The notes under the pieces are model-generated. The model was not told where the DNA came from and did no database searches. It worked only from the letters and a program-made list of their open reading frames with translations. Below are positions 1 through 10,216 of a DNA stretch of 64,000 nucleotides, in pieces. The DNA is from Planctomycetota bacterium (lineage in GTDB: Bacteria > Planctomycetota > UBA8108 > SXIK01). The stretch lies in the NCBI GenBank assembly GCA_965223845.1, contig CBDCXR010000004.1, positions 2,368,001 through 2,432,000 of the forward strand, written 5' to 3'. The first letter of the stretch is position 1. Every line of letters begins with the position of its first letter. The position numbers and the translations under genes were made by a program.

Positions 1-705
1 ATCGATGACATCGTGAGTCGCTACTGGTCCGCGAGTGCCGGTCCGTGGCTCACCGCTCTGCAAAGCTCTCCGGCGCGCCGCGGCACGACTCTGCTCGCCA
101 TCGTGCGCCAGTCGTCCGACCGGGCGAAGGGTGCGCTCCGCCGCGTCGTCAACGTCGACTTCGAGATTCTCACCGGCGATGGCGAACCGATCGTGAGCGA
201 GGAGCCGACCATCCTGCTCACCGGCCAGGCGTCGGTCCAGGTCACCACGTTCCTCGTCAGCCGAAACGATGGCGACCCCATCGAGTTCGATCCGACGTTT
301 ACGACGCGCGGACGTCCGAACCGCTGGGAACACGAGTTCGCGCTGCCGGATCCCGCGAATCGATTCACGTTCATCGGACTCAGCGACTCCGGCGAGCTTC
401 TCGCGTCGACGACCGTCGAGGTGAGCTCGATGGCGGCGCCGCAATTCGTCCGCGGCGATGTCGACGGAAACGGTTCGCTCAACGTGAGCGATCCGATTCG
501 TACGCTCCTCCATCTCTTCGTCGGCCAGGAGATCGCCTGTCGGGACGCGGCCGACGTCGACGACGATGAGTCGCTCAATATCAGCGACGCAATCCTCCTT
601 CTCGAGTACATCTTCCGGGACGGCACGCCACCGGCGCCGCCCTTCCCGGAGCTCGGCCCCGACTCGGAAGGAGAAGACGCGCTCGGCTGCTCGAGCGGGG
701 TCTGA
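1..705 (+). CDS. 5'-truncated protein with Ig-like domain and C-terminal dockerin type I module
   Basis: Frame is open from base 1. C-terminus FVRGDVDGNGSLNVSDP...C-RDAADVDDDESLNISDAILLLEYIF is a duplicated Ca-binding dockerin motif. Confidence 0.85.
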   Translation: MDDIVSRYWSASAGPWLTALQSSPARRGTTLLAIVRQSSDRAKGALRRVVNVDFEILTGDGEPIVSEEPTILLTGQASVQVTTFLVSRNDGDPIEFDPTFTTRGRPNRWEHEFALPDPANRFTFIGLSDSGELLASTTVEVSSMAAPQFVRGDVDGNGSLNVSDPIRTLLHLFVGQEIACRDAADVDDDESLNISDAILLLEYIFRDGTPPAPPFPELGPDSEGEDALGCSSGV

Positions 706-753
706 GTTCGCGACTCGGCCCGAGAAACCGAATGGAGAGGGGAATCGCTCCGC

Positions 754-1197
754 TCACGCGCTCTGGTCGTCCGAGACGCTCGAGGCGCGCGAGCGGCGCG
801 CTCGCGGCAACACGAACACCTCGCGGGCAAGCTCCGAGTCGAGCTCAGCGCGCGAGTAGTAGCCGCCACGCGTGAGCGCCGAGCTTTCGAGCAGCTCCGG
901 GTGGAGAGCGGCGAACGTTCCCCAAGACTTGCTCGGATCCTTTCGCATGCCCTCGTGAATCAGGACGAGGTACGCCCACGTGATCGTCTCGTGGTAGAGG
1001 GCGGGCATTCCCTTCGACTCCGCGTAGCGCCGGAGCTTCCGCGGAAACTCGGCGAGGACATCCGCGAGCGGCGGCCGGCGAAGATAGAGATACGCGAGCC
1101 GGACGTGGTCTTCGTGGGAAAGACTCGGCAGGCTGCACGTCTCGAATCCTCGCACGAGCTCCTCGTCCGTACGCGCGCTCGACGAATGCGTCGTCAC
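754..1197 (-). CDS. conserved hypothetical protein (HEDHVRLA / YHETIT motifs)
   Basis: Globular-looking 147 aa. GTG start overlaps the stop of the upstream gene (GTGA coupling at 1194-1197). Confidence 0.7.
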   Translation of the reverse strand: MTTHSSSARTDEELVRGFETCSLPSLSHEDHVRLAYLYLRRPPLADVLAEFPRKLRRYAESKGMPALYHETITWAYLVLIHEGMRKDPSKSWGTFAALHPELLESSALTRGGYYSRAELDSELAREVFVLPRARRSRASSVSDDQSA

Positions 1198-1481
1198 GAC
1201 CCCTTCTCCGCGAGACGATGGCTGTCTGAGGCGTCGAGATCGAGTCGGTAGACGCGCTTCAGGTCCTCGATCACGCTCAGTGATTCTCTCCCGAACGGCC
1301 GCTTGCCCTCGAAGGCGTGCAGACAGATCCCCTCGAGCAAATCGCCGAGCGAGATGTCGTGGTACTCCGCGAGCGCTTTCAGCACTTTGACGAGGCGGCG
1401 CTCCATCCGTACGCCGGTCTGAACACGCTCGACCTCGTGGCGCTTCGAGCGCCGTTCGCGGTGTTGTCGTCGCGGTGACAT
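1194..1481 (-). CDS. small ribbon-helix-helix-like DNA-binding protein
   Basis: RVQTGVRMERRLVKVLKALAEYHDISLGDLLEGI has a beta-helix-helix pattern. Start could also be 1490. Confidence 0.65.
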   Translation of the reverse strand: MSPRRQHRERRSKRHEVERVQTGVRMERRLVKVLKALAEYHDISLGDLLEGICLHAFEGKRPFGRESLSVIEDLKRVYRLDLDASDSHRLAEKGS

Positions 1482-1657
1482 AGTTACCATGGTACCAAGA
1501 TCACGGACTGATGTCCAGCCGCCGAGAGACCCTCCGGAGTTTCGCCCCGGCGGCGATGGGATGGACTCCTCCCATCCGAATCCGTACTCTTTCTCGGTCC
1601 CGCCCGAGAGGTCGGGGACAACGCCCAAACCGCGAGCGATGCGAGGAGCTGAGTTTC

Positions 1658-2488
1658 ATGCCACCGTCCCCTCCCCTCCGCGAGACGATCGAGCGCGCCG
1701 CCACGGCGATTCGGGCGCGCACGGACGCGCGTCCCCGCTACGGCATCACGCTCGGGACGGGTCTCGGCGGACTCGCCGGCGAGATCGACGTCGACGTCCG
1801 CATCCGCTACGAGGAGATCCCGGGATTTCCCGAGCCCCGCGTGGAGTCTCACGAGGGGACGCTGATCATCGGCCGTCTCGGCGGTCAGACCGTCGCCGCG
1901 CTCGAAGGTCGCTACCACTTCTACGAAGGGTATACCCTCGACGAGATGACGCTTCCCCTGAGAGTCCTCAAGGCACTCGGCGTCGAGATCGCGATCTTTT
2001 CGAACGCCGCGGGTGGACTGAACCCGCAGTTCGACCGCGGCGACATCATGATCATCGTCGATCACATCAACCTGATGGGCGTCAACCCCCTCATCGGCCC
2101 GAACGACGACTCGCTCGGCCCCCGTTTCCCCGACATGGCTCGACCCTACGACGAGGCCCTCTCGGCAAGACTCGAAGACATCGCGCGCGCTGAGCGAATC
2201 GCCGTCCGTCGCGGAATCTATGCGGCGATGACGGGCCCGTGCCTCGAAACTCGGGCCGAGTACCGGATGCTTCGCACCATCGGCGCCGACGCGATCGGCA
2301 TGTCGACCGTGCCCGAGGTGATCGTCGGCGTCCACGCGGGCTTGCGAAACGTCGGGATCTCGTGCATTACGGACCTCTGCCTTCCCGACGCGCTCGAGCC
2401 GGTCGTGATCGAAGACATCATCGCGGTCGCCAACGAGGCCGAACCGAAGATGACGAAACTGATCACGGAGCTGATCGGAGAGGACTAG
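1658..2488 (+). CDS. punA: purine-nucleoside phosphorylase (trimeric PNP family)
   Basis: Motifs LGTGLG, GRYHFYEG, NAAGGLN, GPCLET, GMSTVPEV; GAGGAG upstream of ATG 1658. Confidence 0.95.
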   Translation: MPPSPPLRETIERAATAIRARTDARPRYGITLGTGLGGLAGEIDVDVRIRYEEIPGFPEPRVESHEGTLIIGRLGGQTVAALEGRYHFYEGYTLDEMTLPLRVLKALGVEIAIFSNAAGGLNPQFDRGDIMIIVDHINLMGVNPLIGPNDDSLGPRFPDMARPYDEALSARLEDIARAERIAVRRGIYAAMTGPCLETRAEYRMLRTIGADAIGMSTVPEVIVGVHAGLRNVGISCITDLCLPDALEPVVIEDIIAVANEAEPKMTKLITELIGED

Positions 2489-2895
2489 GAGCCAATCCAA
2501 GAGACCGCACTCGGCCGCGAAGCGACCTCCCGGGTGCCTTCGCGGGCGCGAATCTTTGACGAAATCACAGAATCGCCCGCGATCGCTACGCCTCGCCGTC
2601 CGAGCGGCCTCGTTCTCGGCTTCGAACCGATTCTTCGCGCGAGCTCGTGGCCCAGGTGTTTCCGTCGGCACACGCGCAGTAGAATCTGGCGAAGGCGCCG
2701 GCCAGAGCGAGACTCCGGAGGCGAGGTCCCGAAGCGAGCGAGAACGGTTCTTCGGAACGTCTCGCCGCGCGGCGTCTATCCGGAACTAGCGGGTCCCGGC
2801 GGCGAGATACTCACCCGCGAATTCCCGAAATGCTCGACCCGGTTCGAGCCGACGAAAAGAAGGATCCACGAGTCACCCACAAGGAGCCCACTCTC

Positions 2896-3549
2896 ATGGG
2901 ACGAAATCTCGACGACTTGAAGACACAGCCGGCCCCCAACGACGATCTCCCCCGCTTCGACGACGAAGACGACGACTGCGAGAGCGGACGGGGCCTCGGC
3001 CGCGAATCGCGTGCGGAGTACGACCTCCTTCGGAACGAGCGGACGATCTTCGTCTCCGAGCCCGTCTCGCCGAAGCTCACCCAGCGCCTTACGACGCAGC
3101 TCCTCTGGCTCGACTCGCAGAGCGAAGACCCGATCAAGCTCTACATCAACACGCCGGGTGGATCCGCCGACGATGGCTTCGCGATTCACGACATGCTGAG
3201 CTACGTGAAAGCCCCGGTATACAACATCTGCTTCGGCCTCAACGCGAGCGCGGGAATCCTCATCCTCCTCGGCGTCCCGAAGGAACGCCGGCTCGCCCTG
3301 CCGAACGCTCGCCTCATGATGCACCAGCCGTCCGGCGGCGGCCGCGGTCAGGCATCTGACATCGAGATCACGGCCCAAGAGATTCTCAAGCTGCGCGAGC
3401 GCGCGAACGAGTTGATCGCCGCGGGGACCGGCAAGCCGGTCGAGACCGTCGCGTCGGTGACCGACCGCGACTACTGGCTCTCTGCGGAGGAAGCGCAAGA
3501 GTTCGGCCTCGTATCGCGCGTGATCACGTCGCTCCGCGACATCATGTAG
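2896..3549 (+). CDS. clpP: ATP-dependent Clp protease proteolytic subunit
   Basis: YINTPGGS, catalytic Ser in NASAG, His in MHQPSGG, DRDYWLSAEEA; AAGGAG RBS at 2881. Confidence 0.95.
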   Translation: MGRNLDDLKTQPAPNDDLPRFDDEDDDCESGRGLGRESRAEYDLLRNERTIFVSEPVSPKLTQRLTTQLLWLDSQSEDPIKLYINTPGGSADDGFAIHDMLSYVKAPVYNICFGLNASAGILILLGVPKERRLALPNARLMMHQPSGGGRGQASDIEITAQEILKLRERANELIAAGTGKPVETVASVTDRDYWLSAEEAQEFGLVSRVITSLRDIM

Positions 3550-3592
3550 CCGCGCGGGCTCGCGAATCACCGAATCTCGAGAGAGGGGATCG

Positions 3593-4246
3593 ATGTCCGC
3601 GGAACCAGCGCCTGCGGCGCGTTCGTCGACGCGGCCGCGCCTAGGAGTCTTGTTTTCGGGCGGGGGGCGAACGCTCGAAAACCTCGCGCGGAGCTGCCGC
3701 GACGGGAGCCTCGCGGCGGACGTCGTCGTCGCGGTCTCTAGCCACCGCGGTGCCGGCGGAGTCGAGCGCGCCGCCGAGTACGGCATCCCGTGCGAGGTCG
3801 TCGACTATCGCGAGCACGCGAGCGACTTCGCCAGCCGAATCGAGAAGGTCATCCGTGAGCACTCGGTCGACCTTGTTCTCCTCGCCGGCTTCATCCGGCA
3901 TTTTCCGGTCGCTCCCGAACGCGCCGGACGGGTGCTCAACATCCATCCGTCGCTGCTCCCGAAGTTCGGCGGACGCGGCTACTACGGGGAGCGAGTTCAC
4001 GCGGCCGTTCTCGCCGCGGGCGAGACTGTCTCCGGTTGTACGGTCCACGTCGTGACCGACGAGTACGACCAAGGGCCGATCGTCGTCCAGCGCGTGGTCC
4101 CGGTAGAAGAAAGCGACACGCCCGCCAGCCTCGCCGAGCGAGTCTTTCGCGAGGAATGCATCGCCTACCCGGAAGCCGTTCGGCTCTTCGCGGCAGGGCG
4201 AGTCCGCATCGACGGCGGCTCGGCGGTGATTCTCCCCGCCGACTGA
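3593..4246 (+). CDS. purN: phosphoribosylglycinamide formyltransferase
   Basis: SGGGRTL, LAGFIR, NIHPSLLPKFGG, GCTVH.V...D.GPI. Confidence 0.95.
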   Translation: MSAEPAPAARSSTRPRLGVLFSGGGRTLENLARSCRDGSLAADVVVAVSSHRGAGGVERAAEYGIPCEVVDYREHASDFASRIEKVIREHSVDLVLLAGFIRHFPVAPERAGRVLNIHPSLLPKFGGRGYYGERVHAAVLAAGETVSGCTVHVVTDEYDQGPIVVQRVVPVEESDTPASLAERVFREECIAYPEAVRLFAAGRVRIDGGSAVILPAD

Positions 4247-4295
4247 CCGTTTTCGGTGGACTCCTCGGCGGAACGCTCCGCTCGCGTTTGAGCGT

Positions 4296-4727
4296 TCAGC
4301 GAACCGGTGAGTATTCCGTCGGGACGAGAAACGTCGAGTCGATCTTCTTGACGAGCCGGCCGTTCGCGATCGACGCCCCGTACGCCGCTTTCCAGTCGGG
4401 ATCGTTCAGAAAGCCGTCCCAGGACTTCTTGCGCGCTTCGCGGCTCGGGTACGCGAGGATGTACACCAGCGTGTCCCGGTCGTCGGCGGGCGTCCAGTAC
4501 CCGACGAGCGTCATCCCGTGCTTCACGAAGAGTGCGTTCGTGTGCTCGCGGAAACGCCGATGGAGATCGTCGATCTTGCCTTCGTTCGTGTAGTAGGTCC
4601 GCATCTCGTAGACGCGAAATCCCGGTGGAAGCTCGGAGGGGCGCTTCTCCGCTTCCCCGTTTCCGAGGGCGAACGAGCTGACGGCAACGACAACGAGAAG
4701 GGTGGAAAGGAGCGCGGAGCGGAGCAT
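4296..4727 (-). CDS. NIPSNAP family protein with signal peptide
   Basis: VYEMRTY...LHRRFREHT...VGYW...YILAYPSREAR..SW..F..DPDW; hydrophobic N-terminus. Confidence 0.9.
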   Translation of the reverse strand: MLRSALLSTLLVVVAVSSFALGNGEAEKRPSELPPGFRVYEMRTYYTNEGKIDDLHRRFREHTNALFVKHGMTLVGYWTPADDRDTLVYILAYPSREARKKSWDGFLNDPDWKAAYGASIANGRLVKKIDSTFLVPTEYSPVR

Positions 4728-4873
4728 GGGATTCCTCGTCTGCGAGTCGAGTGCGGGACGATCGATGGCGGTCAAGAACGCGCCCGATGAGACTCGCAAC
4801 CCGTAGGCGGGTCAAGCGCGCGGGATCGCGTCCTCGCGCGGCCGAGACGACGGAAGCGGCGATTTCTGCCGCG

Positions 4874-6301
4874 TCAGTTCCCGACTCCGCTCGCGGCTTC
4901 GTCCCCGCGGTACTGCTGCCACCACTCGCGCCACTTCGTGGCGTTCGCCCCGCAGTCGACGCCCGTCGCCTGCGCGAGGAGGCGTCCGGCGATGCCGAGG
5001 CGCGTCGGGTCGAGGTCATCGAGGTTTTCGATGAGCGTCTCGACGAGCCGGCCGTTGTAGACCGCGTCCTCCTCTCCCGCCCAGACCGCCAACTGACCGC
5101 CGACGAAGAAGGCCTCCGCTTTGCCGAAGAGAAGGGCCGCGGTCATCTTCTCGAGCGGACGATCGCTGAGCGAGATCTGACCGGGCGGGACGACCCAGAA
5201 CTCAAGCGCCGGGAGGCTGAGGGTCAGGTTCGCGTTGGGATCGTTCCCCGTCCAGCGCGTCGGCCGGAACCGACCCGCCACCACGATTCGTGCGACCGCC
5301 CCGACGAGCGGTAGATCCTCTTCGAGCTCGAAATCGACCTCGTGCGTCCAAGAGGTTCCGGGATCGAGCACGATCTGCTTTTCGCGCGCGTCGACCTCGA
5401 CGCGGAGACGGCGCTTCACCGTCGATCGATCGCCGCTCGCGAGGACGCGCGTCACCTCGACTTCGGCGTAGCCGAGAACGCCCTGCTCGAGGTGTACGTA
5501 CGCGCGCTGATTCATGTGGTTGCGCAGGCGAAACGTCAAATCGGGGATGCTGCCGAGATCGAAGACCGCGCCCGAAACCTCGAACGACGGCTCGAGCAGC
5601 TCGCGCGCCGCGAGGCGATCGCGACAACGCCGCCGCAGGCGGCGGATCTCCCAGGCGTGCGGGTGGTTCGGATCGAGCGTGAGGAGAGCCTCCGCGATAT
5701 CCTGCGCCTCACGGAGACGCCCGCTTTGCGCGAGGCGCTCGGCCTCTTCGCGCTTCGCGGCGAGAAAGAGCGCGACGGCCCCATCGATGCGGCCGGTGAC
5801 GCCGGCACCGCCGTCGACCGTCGCGATGATGCTCTCGACGCGAGCGGTTCGCGTCTGAGCGCTCCGCAACCAGTAGCGAAGCTGCGGCAAAACCGCCGGG
5901 CCGAGGAGGTGAAGCTTGCTCGCGCCGCGATTCTGATCGCGGGGGTTCGACGACAAGACGAGACGAATGGCCTGCATGACCTCCGGCGTCGGCCGGCGGA
6001 GGGCGTCAGTCGGCGGATCTGGCACGTTTTCGCTTGCGAGGTTTGGCGAATTCGCCCCCTCCGCCTCCGCGCCCGAACTCGCGGTCCCTGCGGAGCTGCC
6101 GGTCTCTCGAGCGGCGGCAGTGCCTCGGGGAGATTCGGCCGAGACCGAGCCGGGCTCCGGCGTCGACGAATCACCATCGACGGGCGCGGGACTCTCCGTC
6201 TCTGCGCCCTTGATCTCCCCTCCGGGCGACTCGACCTCTTGTCCTCGGACGGGATTCAAGAGAAAGAGCGAGAACGAGAGGATAGCGACGATCCGGTTCA
6301 T
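4874..6301 (-). CDS. secreted hypothetical protein (low-complexity linker, TPR/HEAT-like helices, beta domain)
   Basis: Signal peptide MNRIVAILSFSLFLLNPVRG; C-terminal TG.D.G....W..WW motif. Confidence 0.7.
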   Translation of the reverse strand: MNRIVAILSFSLFLLNPVRGQEVESPGGEIKGAETESPAPVDGDSSTPEPGSVSAESPRGTAAARETGSSAGTASSGAEAEGANSPNLASENVPDPPTDALRRPTPEVMQAIRLVLSSNPRDQNRGASKLHLLGPAVLPQLRYWLRSAQTRTARVESIIATVDGGAGVTGRIDGAVALFLAAKREEAERLAQSGRLREAQDIAEALLTLDPNHPHAWEIRRLRRRCRDRLAARELLEPSFEVSGAVFDLGSIPDLTFRLRNHMNQRAYVHLEQGVLGYAEVEVTRVLASGDRSTVKRRLRVEVDAREKQIVLDPGTSWTHEVDFELEEDLPLVGAVARIVVAGRFRPTRWTGNDPNANLTLSLPALEFWVVPPGQISLSDRPLEKMTAALLFGKAEAFFVGGQLAVWAGEEDAVYNGRLVETLIENLDDLDPTRLGIAGRLLAQATGVDCGANATKWREWWQQYRGDEAASGVGN

Positions 6302-6568
6302 GCGACGAGTCTCGAAGCGATCTGGGCTCGGTTTGGACCAGCGCGATCCGGCGCCGGCTCCGGCCAATCGAATGCATTCCGCGGGACGCGGACGCTTTGC
6401 GAACAGCGCGGCACAACGAACAGCGATAGGGAAAGAGAGGCGTCGCCGGCCCCACCGCGTCGACCGCCCCCGCGGACTCGGCGTCTCGGCTGGTGCCCCT
6501 GGAAGCCCTTACTATCCTACCATCGGGGACTTTTCGTCAACCGCCCCGTCGGTCTCGCCGCTCCCCGC

Positions 6569-6614
6569 GAAAAAGAGCGGCCGGAAGACGCCCTGAGGAA
6601 CGTCTTCCGGCCGC
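6569..6614 (-). terminator. Rho-independent terminator downstream of rpsA
   Basis: Perfect 14-bp stem GCGGCCGGAAGACG/CGTCTTCCGGCCGC followed on the minus strand by TCTTTTTC. Confidence 0.85.
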
Positions 6615-6681
6615 GATCCTGCCGCCCCGTACGCTAGACCGGCGCAACCCGCACACACGCCCGAACGAGGGCGTAAGAACC

Positions 6682-8622
6682 CTATTCGGAGGGCTTCTCT
6701 CCGTCCGCGGGCTCGCTCGCAGCTTCCTCGGGAGCGGCCTCCCCGCTTTCGGCGGGAGCAGCTTCCTCGGCCGGAGCCGTCGTTTCGGTCGTCTCGGGCG
6801 CACTCTCCGCCTCAGCCGCGGGCTCGGCAGTTTCGGCGGGCTCCGCCGCTGCGGCCGGCTCCGCTTCGGCGCTCGGCGCGGCCTCCGCGGCGGGCTCCGC
6901 CGCCGCAGCCGTACCGGTGTCGTCGCCACCATCTTCCGTCTGCGCTTGATAGCGCGCGAGAGCGGTCTCCGCCTCGTCGGCATCGACTCCCTTCAGACTG
7001 AGACCGATCTTCCTCTGATCGACGTCGACCTTGATCACCTTGACGACGACCGTCTCGCCGACCTTCACCACCTCCTCCGGCGTCGCGACCTTGCGGTCCG
7101 CGAGTTCGGAGATGTGAAGGAGACCTTCGAGCTCGTCGTCGAGCTTCACGAACACACCGAAGTTCGTGATCTTCGTCACTTCGCCGACGACGATCGTTCC
7201 GATGATGAAGCGCGCGGGGATCTCGACCTCCCACGGATCCTGCTCGAGCTGCTTGATGCCGAGCGCGATCCGCTTTCGCTCCTGGTCGACCTGAAGGACC
7301 ATCGCACGGATGTTGTCGCCCTTCTTCACCACCTCGCTCGGGTGGATCACCTTTCGCGTCCACGACATGTCGGCGACGTGGAGAAGGCCGTCGATGCCGT
7401 CCTCGAGCTCGACGAACGCACCGTAGTTGGTCAGGTTCCGGACCTTGCCTTCGATGATCGTTCCCGGCGGGTACTTCCCTTCAACCTGCGTCCAGGGGTT
7501 GACCCCGACCTGCTTCATGCCGAGCGAGATCTCTTGCTTCTCCTTCTTGATCTCGAGGACGACGACCTCGATCTCCTCACCCACGGAGACGACCTGGTTC
7601 GGATGGCTGATCCGCTTCGTCCAGGACATCTCGGAAATGTGGACGAGCCCTTCGACGCCCTCCTCGAGCTGGACGAACGCGCCGTAGGAAAGAACGTTGA
7701 CGACCGTGCCCTTCGCCTTCGATCCGACGGGGTACTTCGTCTCGATGTTCGTCCACGGACTCTCTTGCCGCTGCTTGAGACCGAGCGAGATCCGCTCCTT
7801 CTCCTTGTCGACTTTGAGGACCTTAATCTCGAGCTCCTGCTCGATCTTGAGGAGCTCCGAGGGGTGATTGATCCGTCCCCAGCTCATGTCGGTGATGTGG
7901 AGGAGGCCGTCGATCCCGCCGAGATCGACGAAGGCACCGAAGTCCGTGATGTTCTTCACAACACCCTTGCGGACCTGACCGATCTCGATGTCGGCGAGGA
8001 GCTGGTTCTTCTGCGCTTCGCGCTTCTCCTCGAGGAGCTTCCGACGCGAGACGACGATGTTCATCCGCGACTCGTCGATCTTGATGATCTTACACTCGAG
8101 ATCCTGACCGATGTACTCGGCGATGTCGCCCGTTCGGCGGATCCCGATCTGCGATGCCGGAAGAAAGACCGGAACGCCGATGTCGACGAGCAGTCCACCC
8201 TTGATCTTCCGCGCCACCTTGCCGCGAACGACGTCCCCTTCGTTGTACGTCGTGATGACGCGCTCCCAGCCGCGGATGCGATCGGCCTTCCGCTTCGAGA
8301 GCATCAACATCCCGTTCTCGTCCTCGTCGATCGACTCGAGGAGGACTTCCACCTCGTCGTCGACGCTGACCTCTTCGGGATTGTCGAATTGCTCGAGGGG
8401 TACGACACCCTCGGACTTGTAGCCGATGTCGACGATCACGTCGCTCGAGAGCTTATTGACGATCTTGCCCGTGATGATCTTCTCGGCTTCGAACTCCTTG
8501 ACGGACTGATTGTAGATCGAGTCCATCGCTTCGACGCTCTTTCCTCCGAGCGCTTCCTCCATCTGCTTGAGGATGTCGGCGTCGTCGAGCTCGAACTGCT
8601 TCACGAGGGGGTTGGTGGACAT
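6682..8622 (-). CDS. rpsA: 30S ribosomal protein S1 with long acidic Ala/Glu/Pro tail
   Basis: Six S1 repeats (e.g. [43 protein letters not shown]). Confidence 0.98.
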   Translation of the reverse strand: MSTNPLVKQFELDDADILKQMEEALGGKSVEAMDSIYNQSVKEFEAEKIITGKIVNKLSSDVIVDIGYKSEGVVPLEQFDNPEEVSVDDEVEVLLESIDEDENGMLMLSKRKADRIRGWERVITTYNEGDVVRGKVARKIKGGLLVDIGVPVFLPASQIGIRRTGDIAEYIGQDLECKIIKIDESRMNIVVSRRKLLEEKREAQKNQLLADIEIGQVRKGVVKNITDFGAFVDLGGIDGLLHITDMSWGRINHPSELLKIEQELEIKVLKVDKEKERISLGLKQRQESPWTNIETKYPVGSKAKGTVVNVLSYGAFVQLEEGVEGLVHISEMSWTKRISHPNQVVSVGEEIEVVVLEIKKEKQEISLGMKQVGVNPWTQVEGKYPPGTIIEGKVRNLTNYGAFVELEDGIDGLLHVADMSWTRKVIHPSEVVKKGDNIRAMVLQVDQERKRIALGIKQLEQDPWEVEIPARFIIGTIVVGEVTKITNFGVFVKLDDELEGLLHISELADRKVATPEEVVKVGETVVVKVIKVDVDQRKIGLSLKGVDADEAETALARYQAQTEDGGDDTGTAAAAEPAAEAAPSAEAEPAAAAEPAETAEPAAEAESAPETTETTAPAEEAAPAESGEAAPEEAASEPADGEKPSE

Positions 8623-8715
8623 AGGGATCCGTGGACCTTTCCGACCTGGCTTCTGCGGCGATCGCCGCTGGGGTTGCGATCGAGTCCGGCGCTCCTGCCG
8701 AGCGCGCGCCGTCGA

Positions 8716-9465
8716 TCAGTCTTCGTTCGATGGGGAAGGGCTCTCGACCGCCTCCCCGGTCTGCGACTCGTCCGCGAAGATCCGCTCCGCGCCCGCGTCG
8801 CGCGCCAGGTCGCGCCACGCGGCTCGGAGCCGCTCGAGGAACGAATCGTACGATTCTTTCTTTACGTACTGGATCGGCGAACCGAACCACACCGCAATAG
8901 GGTGACGCTTCGGCCACCGCCGCCCGCGCGGCCACGCCTCGAACGTGCCGAGGACGAGGACGGGGACCACCGGCGCGCCGCTTCGCTTCGCCACGAGGGC
9001 GATCCCTGATTGCAAACGCTGCACTCTACCATCGGGGCTGCGCGTTCCCTCAGGAAAAAACGCGAGGACGCGGTTCGCTTCGAGCGCACGGAGCGAGATC
9101 CTCAAGCCCTCGATCGCGCCGCGCTCCGGCGTGCGATCGACGGGGATGGAGCCGAGCTTCCGCAGGTACCAAGCGCCCAGCCGACGGCGAAAGAGCGTGT
9201 CCTTCGCGAGATACGCGAGTGGGCGCTTCGCGGCGCATCCGACCACCGGCGGATCGAGATTGCTCTGGTGGGTGCAAGCGAGGATGACGGGCCCCGATTC
9301 CGGGACGCTCTCCCGGTGGTACCGCCGAAATTGAAAGAAGAGTCTGAGAACGAGGCGACAGAAGCCTCGCGTGACGCCGTGGACACTGAGGAGCCCCGGC
9401 TCGGGACCGATCGCGGTCAGCTCGCCCGTCCGCCCGCTCTCCGCCGCTCCGCCTCCCGTTGGCAT
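8716..9465 (-). CDS. plsC: 1-acyl-sn-glycerol-3-phosphate acyltransferase (lysophospholipid acyltransferase)
   Basis: HQSNLD (HxxxxD) and FFPEGTRS motifs. Confidence 0.9.
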   Translation of the reverse strand: MPTGGGAAESGRTGELTAIGPEPGLLSVHGVTRGFCRLVLRLFFQFRRYHRESVPESGPVILACTHQSNLDPPVVGCAAKRPLAYLAKDTLFRRRLGAWYLRKLGSIPVDRTPERGAIEGLRISLRALEANRVLAFFPEGTRSPDGRVQRLQSGIALVAKRSGAPVVPVLVLGTFEAWPRGRRWPKRHPIAVWFGSPIQYVKKESYDSFLERLRAAWRDLARDAGAERIFADESQTGEAVESPSPSNED

Positions 9466-9498
9466 CGACCTTCCCCGTCGAATTCGATTTGCCGAGAT

Positions 9499-10185
9499 TC
9501 ACTCCGGCGCCGCCTCGAACGCCCGGACGTGCCCGACGAGCGCCGCGACGACGCCGGCGGCGTCCAGCCCGTCGGTCTCGACGACCGTCGCACCCGGCGG
9601 GACGACGAGCGGTGCGTGCTCGCGCTCGCGATCGTGGCGATCGCGGCGGAGCGTCTCGGCGAGAACGTCGTCGTACGATTTCGAGTGACCCGCGGCCTCG
9701 AGATCGCGCCAGGCCCGCCGCGCCCTCTCCTCCGCCGTCGCGTCGAGGAAGAACTTGAGCGGCGCATCGGGAAAAATCACGGTGCCCATGTCGCGTCCCT
9801 CCGCGACCACTCCGGGCGGCCGCGCGAAGCCGCGCTGAAACTCCACGAGGAGCTCGCGATATTCGCCGTTGTTCGCAATCCGGTAAACCTGCGGCGTAAC
9901 GTCCGGCGCCTTGAGCCGGTCGGTGACTTCTCGGTCGCCGATGTAGACGCGAGTCCGATCGTTTTCCTCGAACCGGAGCGCAAGCTTTCCGATCAATCGA
10001 CCGACGAGGCCGGCGTCGTCGAACTCGCCGCCCGATTCGAGGACGAGGAGGGTCACCGCGCGGTAAATGAAGCCGGAGTTGAGATACGTGAGCTCCAGCT
10101 CGCGTGCGAGGCGACGCGCCACCGTGCTCTTTCCCGCGCCGGCGGGACCGTCGATGGTGATGACGAGGGAAGGGGAGTCGGGCAT
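9499..10185 (-). CDS. cmk: cytidylate kinase
   Basis: ITIDGPAGAGKST, EGRDMGTVIFPDA, RRDRHD. Confidence 0.95.
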   Translation of the reverse strand: MPDSPSLVITIDGPAGAGKSTVARRLARELELTYLNSGFIYRAVTLLVLESGGEFDDAGLVGRLIGKLALRFEENDRTRVYIGDREVTDRLKAPDVTPQVYRIANNGEYRELLVEFQRGFARPPGVVAEGRDMGTVIFPDAPLKFFLDATAEERARRAWRDLEAAGHSKSYDDVLAETLRRDRHDREREHAPLVVPPGATVVETDGLDAAGVVAALVGHVRAFEAAPE

Positions 10186-10216
10186 CGTGTAGGCCGGGTG
10201 ACGGTGAGGCTCGCGG

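Noticed and set aside
2489-2895. About 400-bp gap before clpP as an ncRNA or small gene
   Set aside because: No recognisable RNA motif or credible ORF; only a possible TAGAAT -10 box near 2680.
6493-9009. 838-aa plus-strand ORF, and similar long ORFs such as 40409-41635, 61661-63418, 58184-60145 and 31884-34031
   Set aside because: Antisense or off-frame shadows of clear genes. High GC and codon bias suppress stops, and the translations have no motifs.
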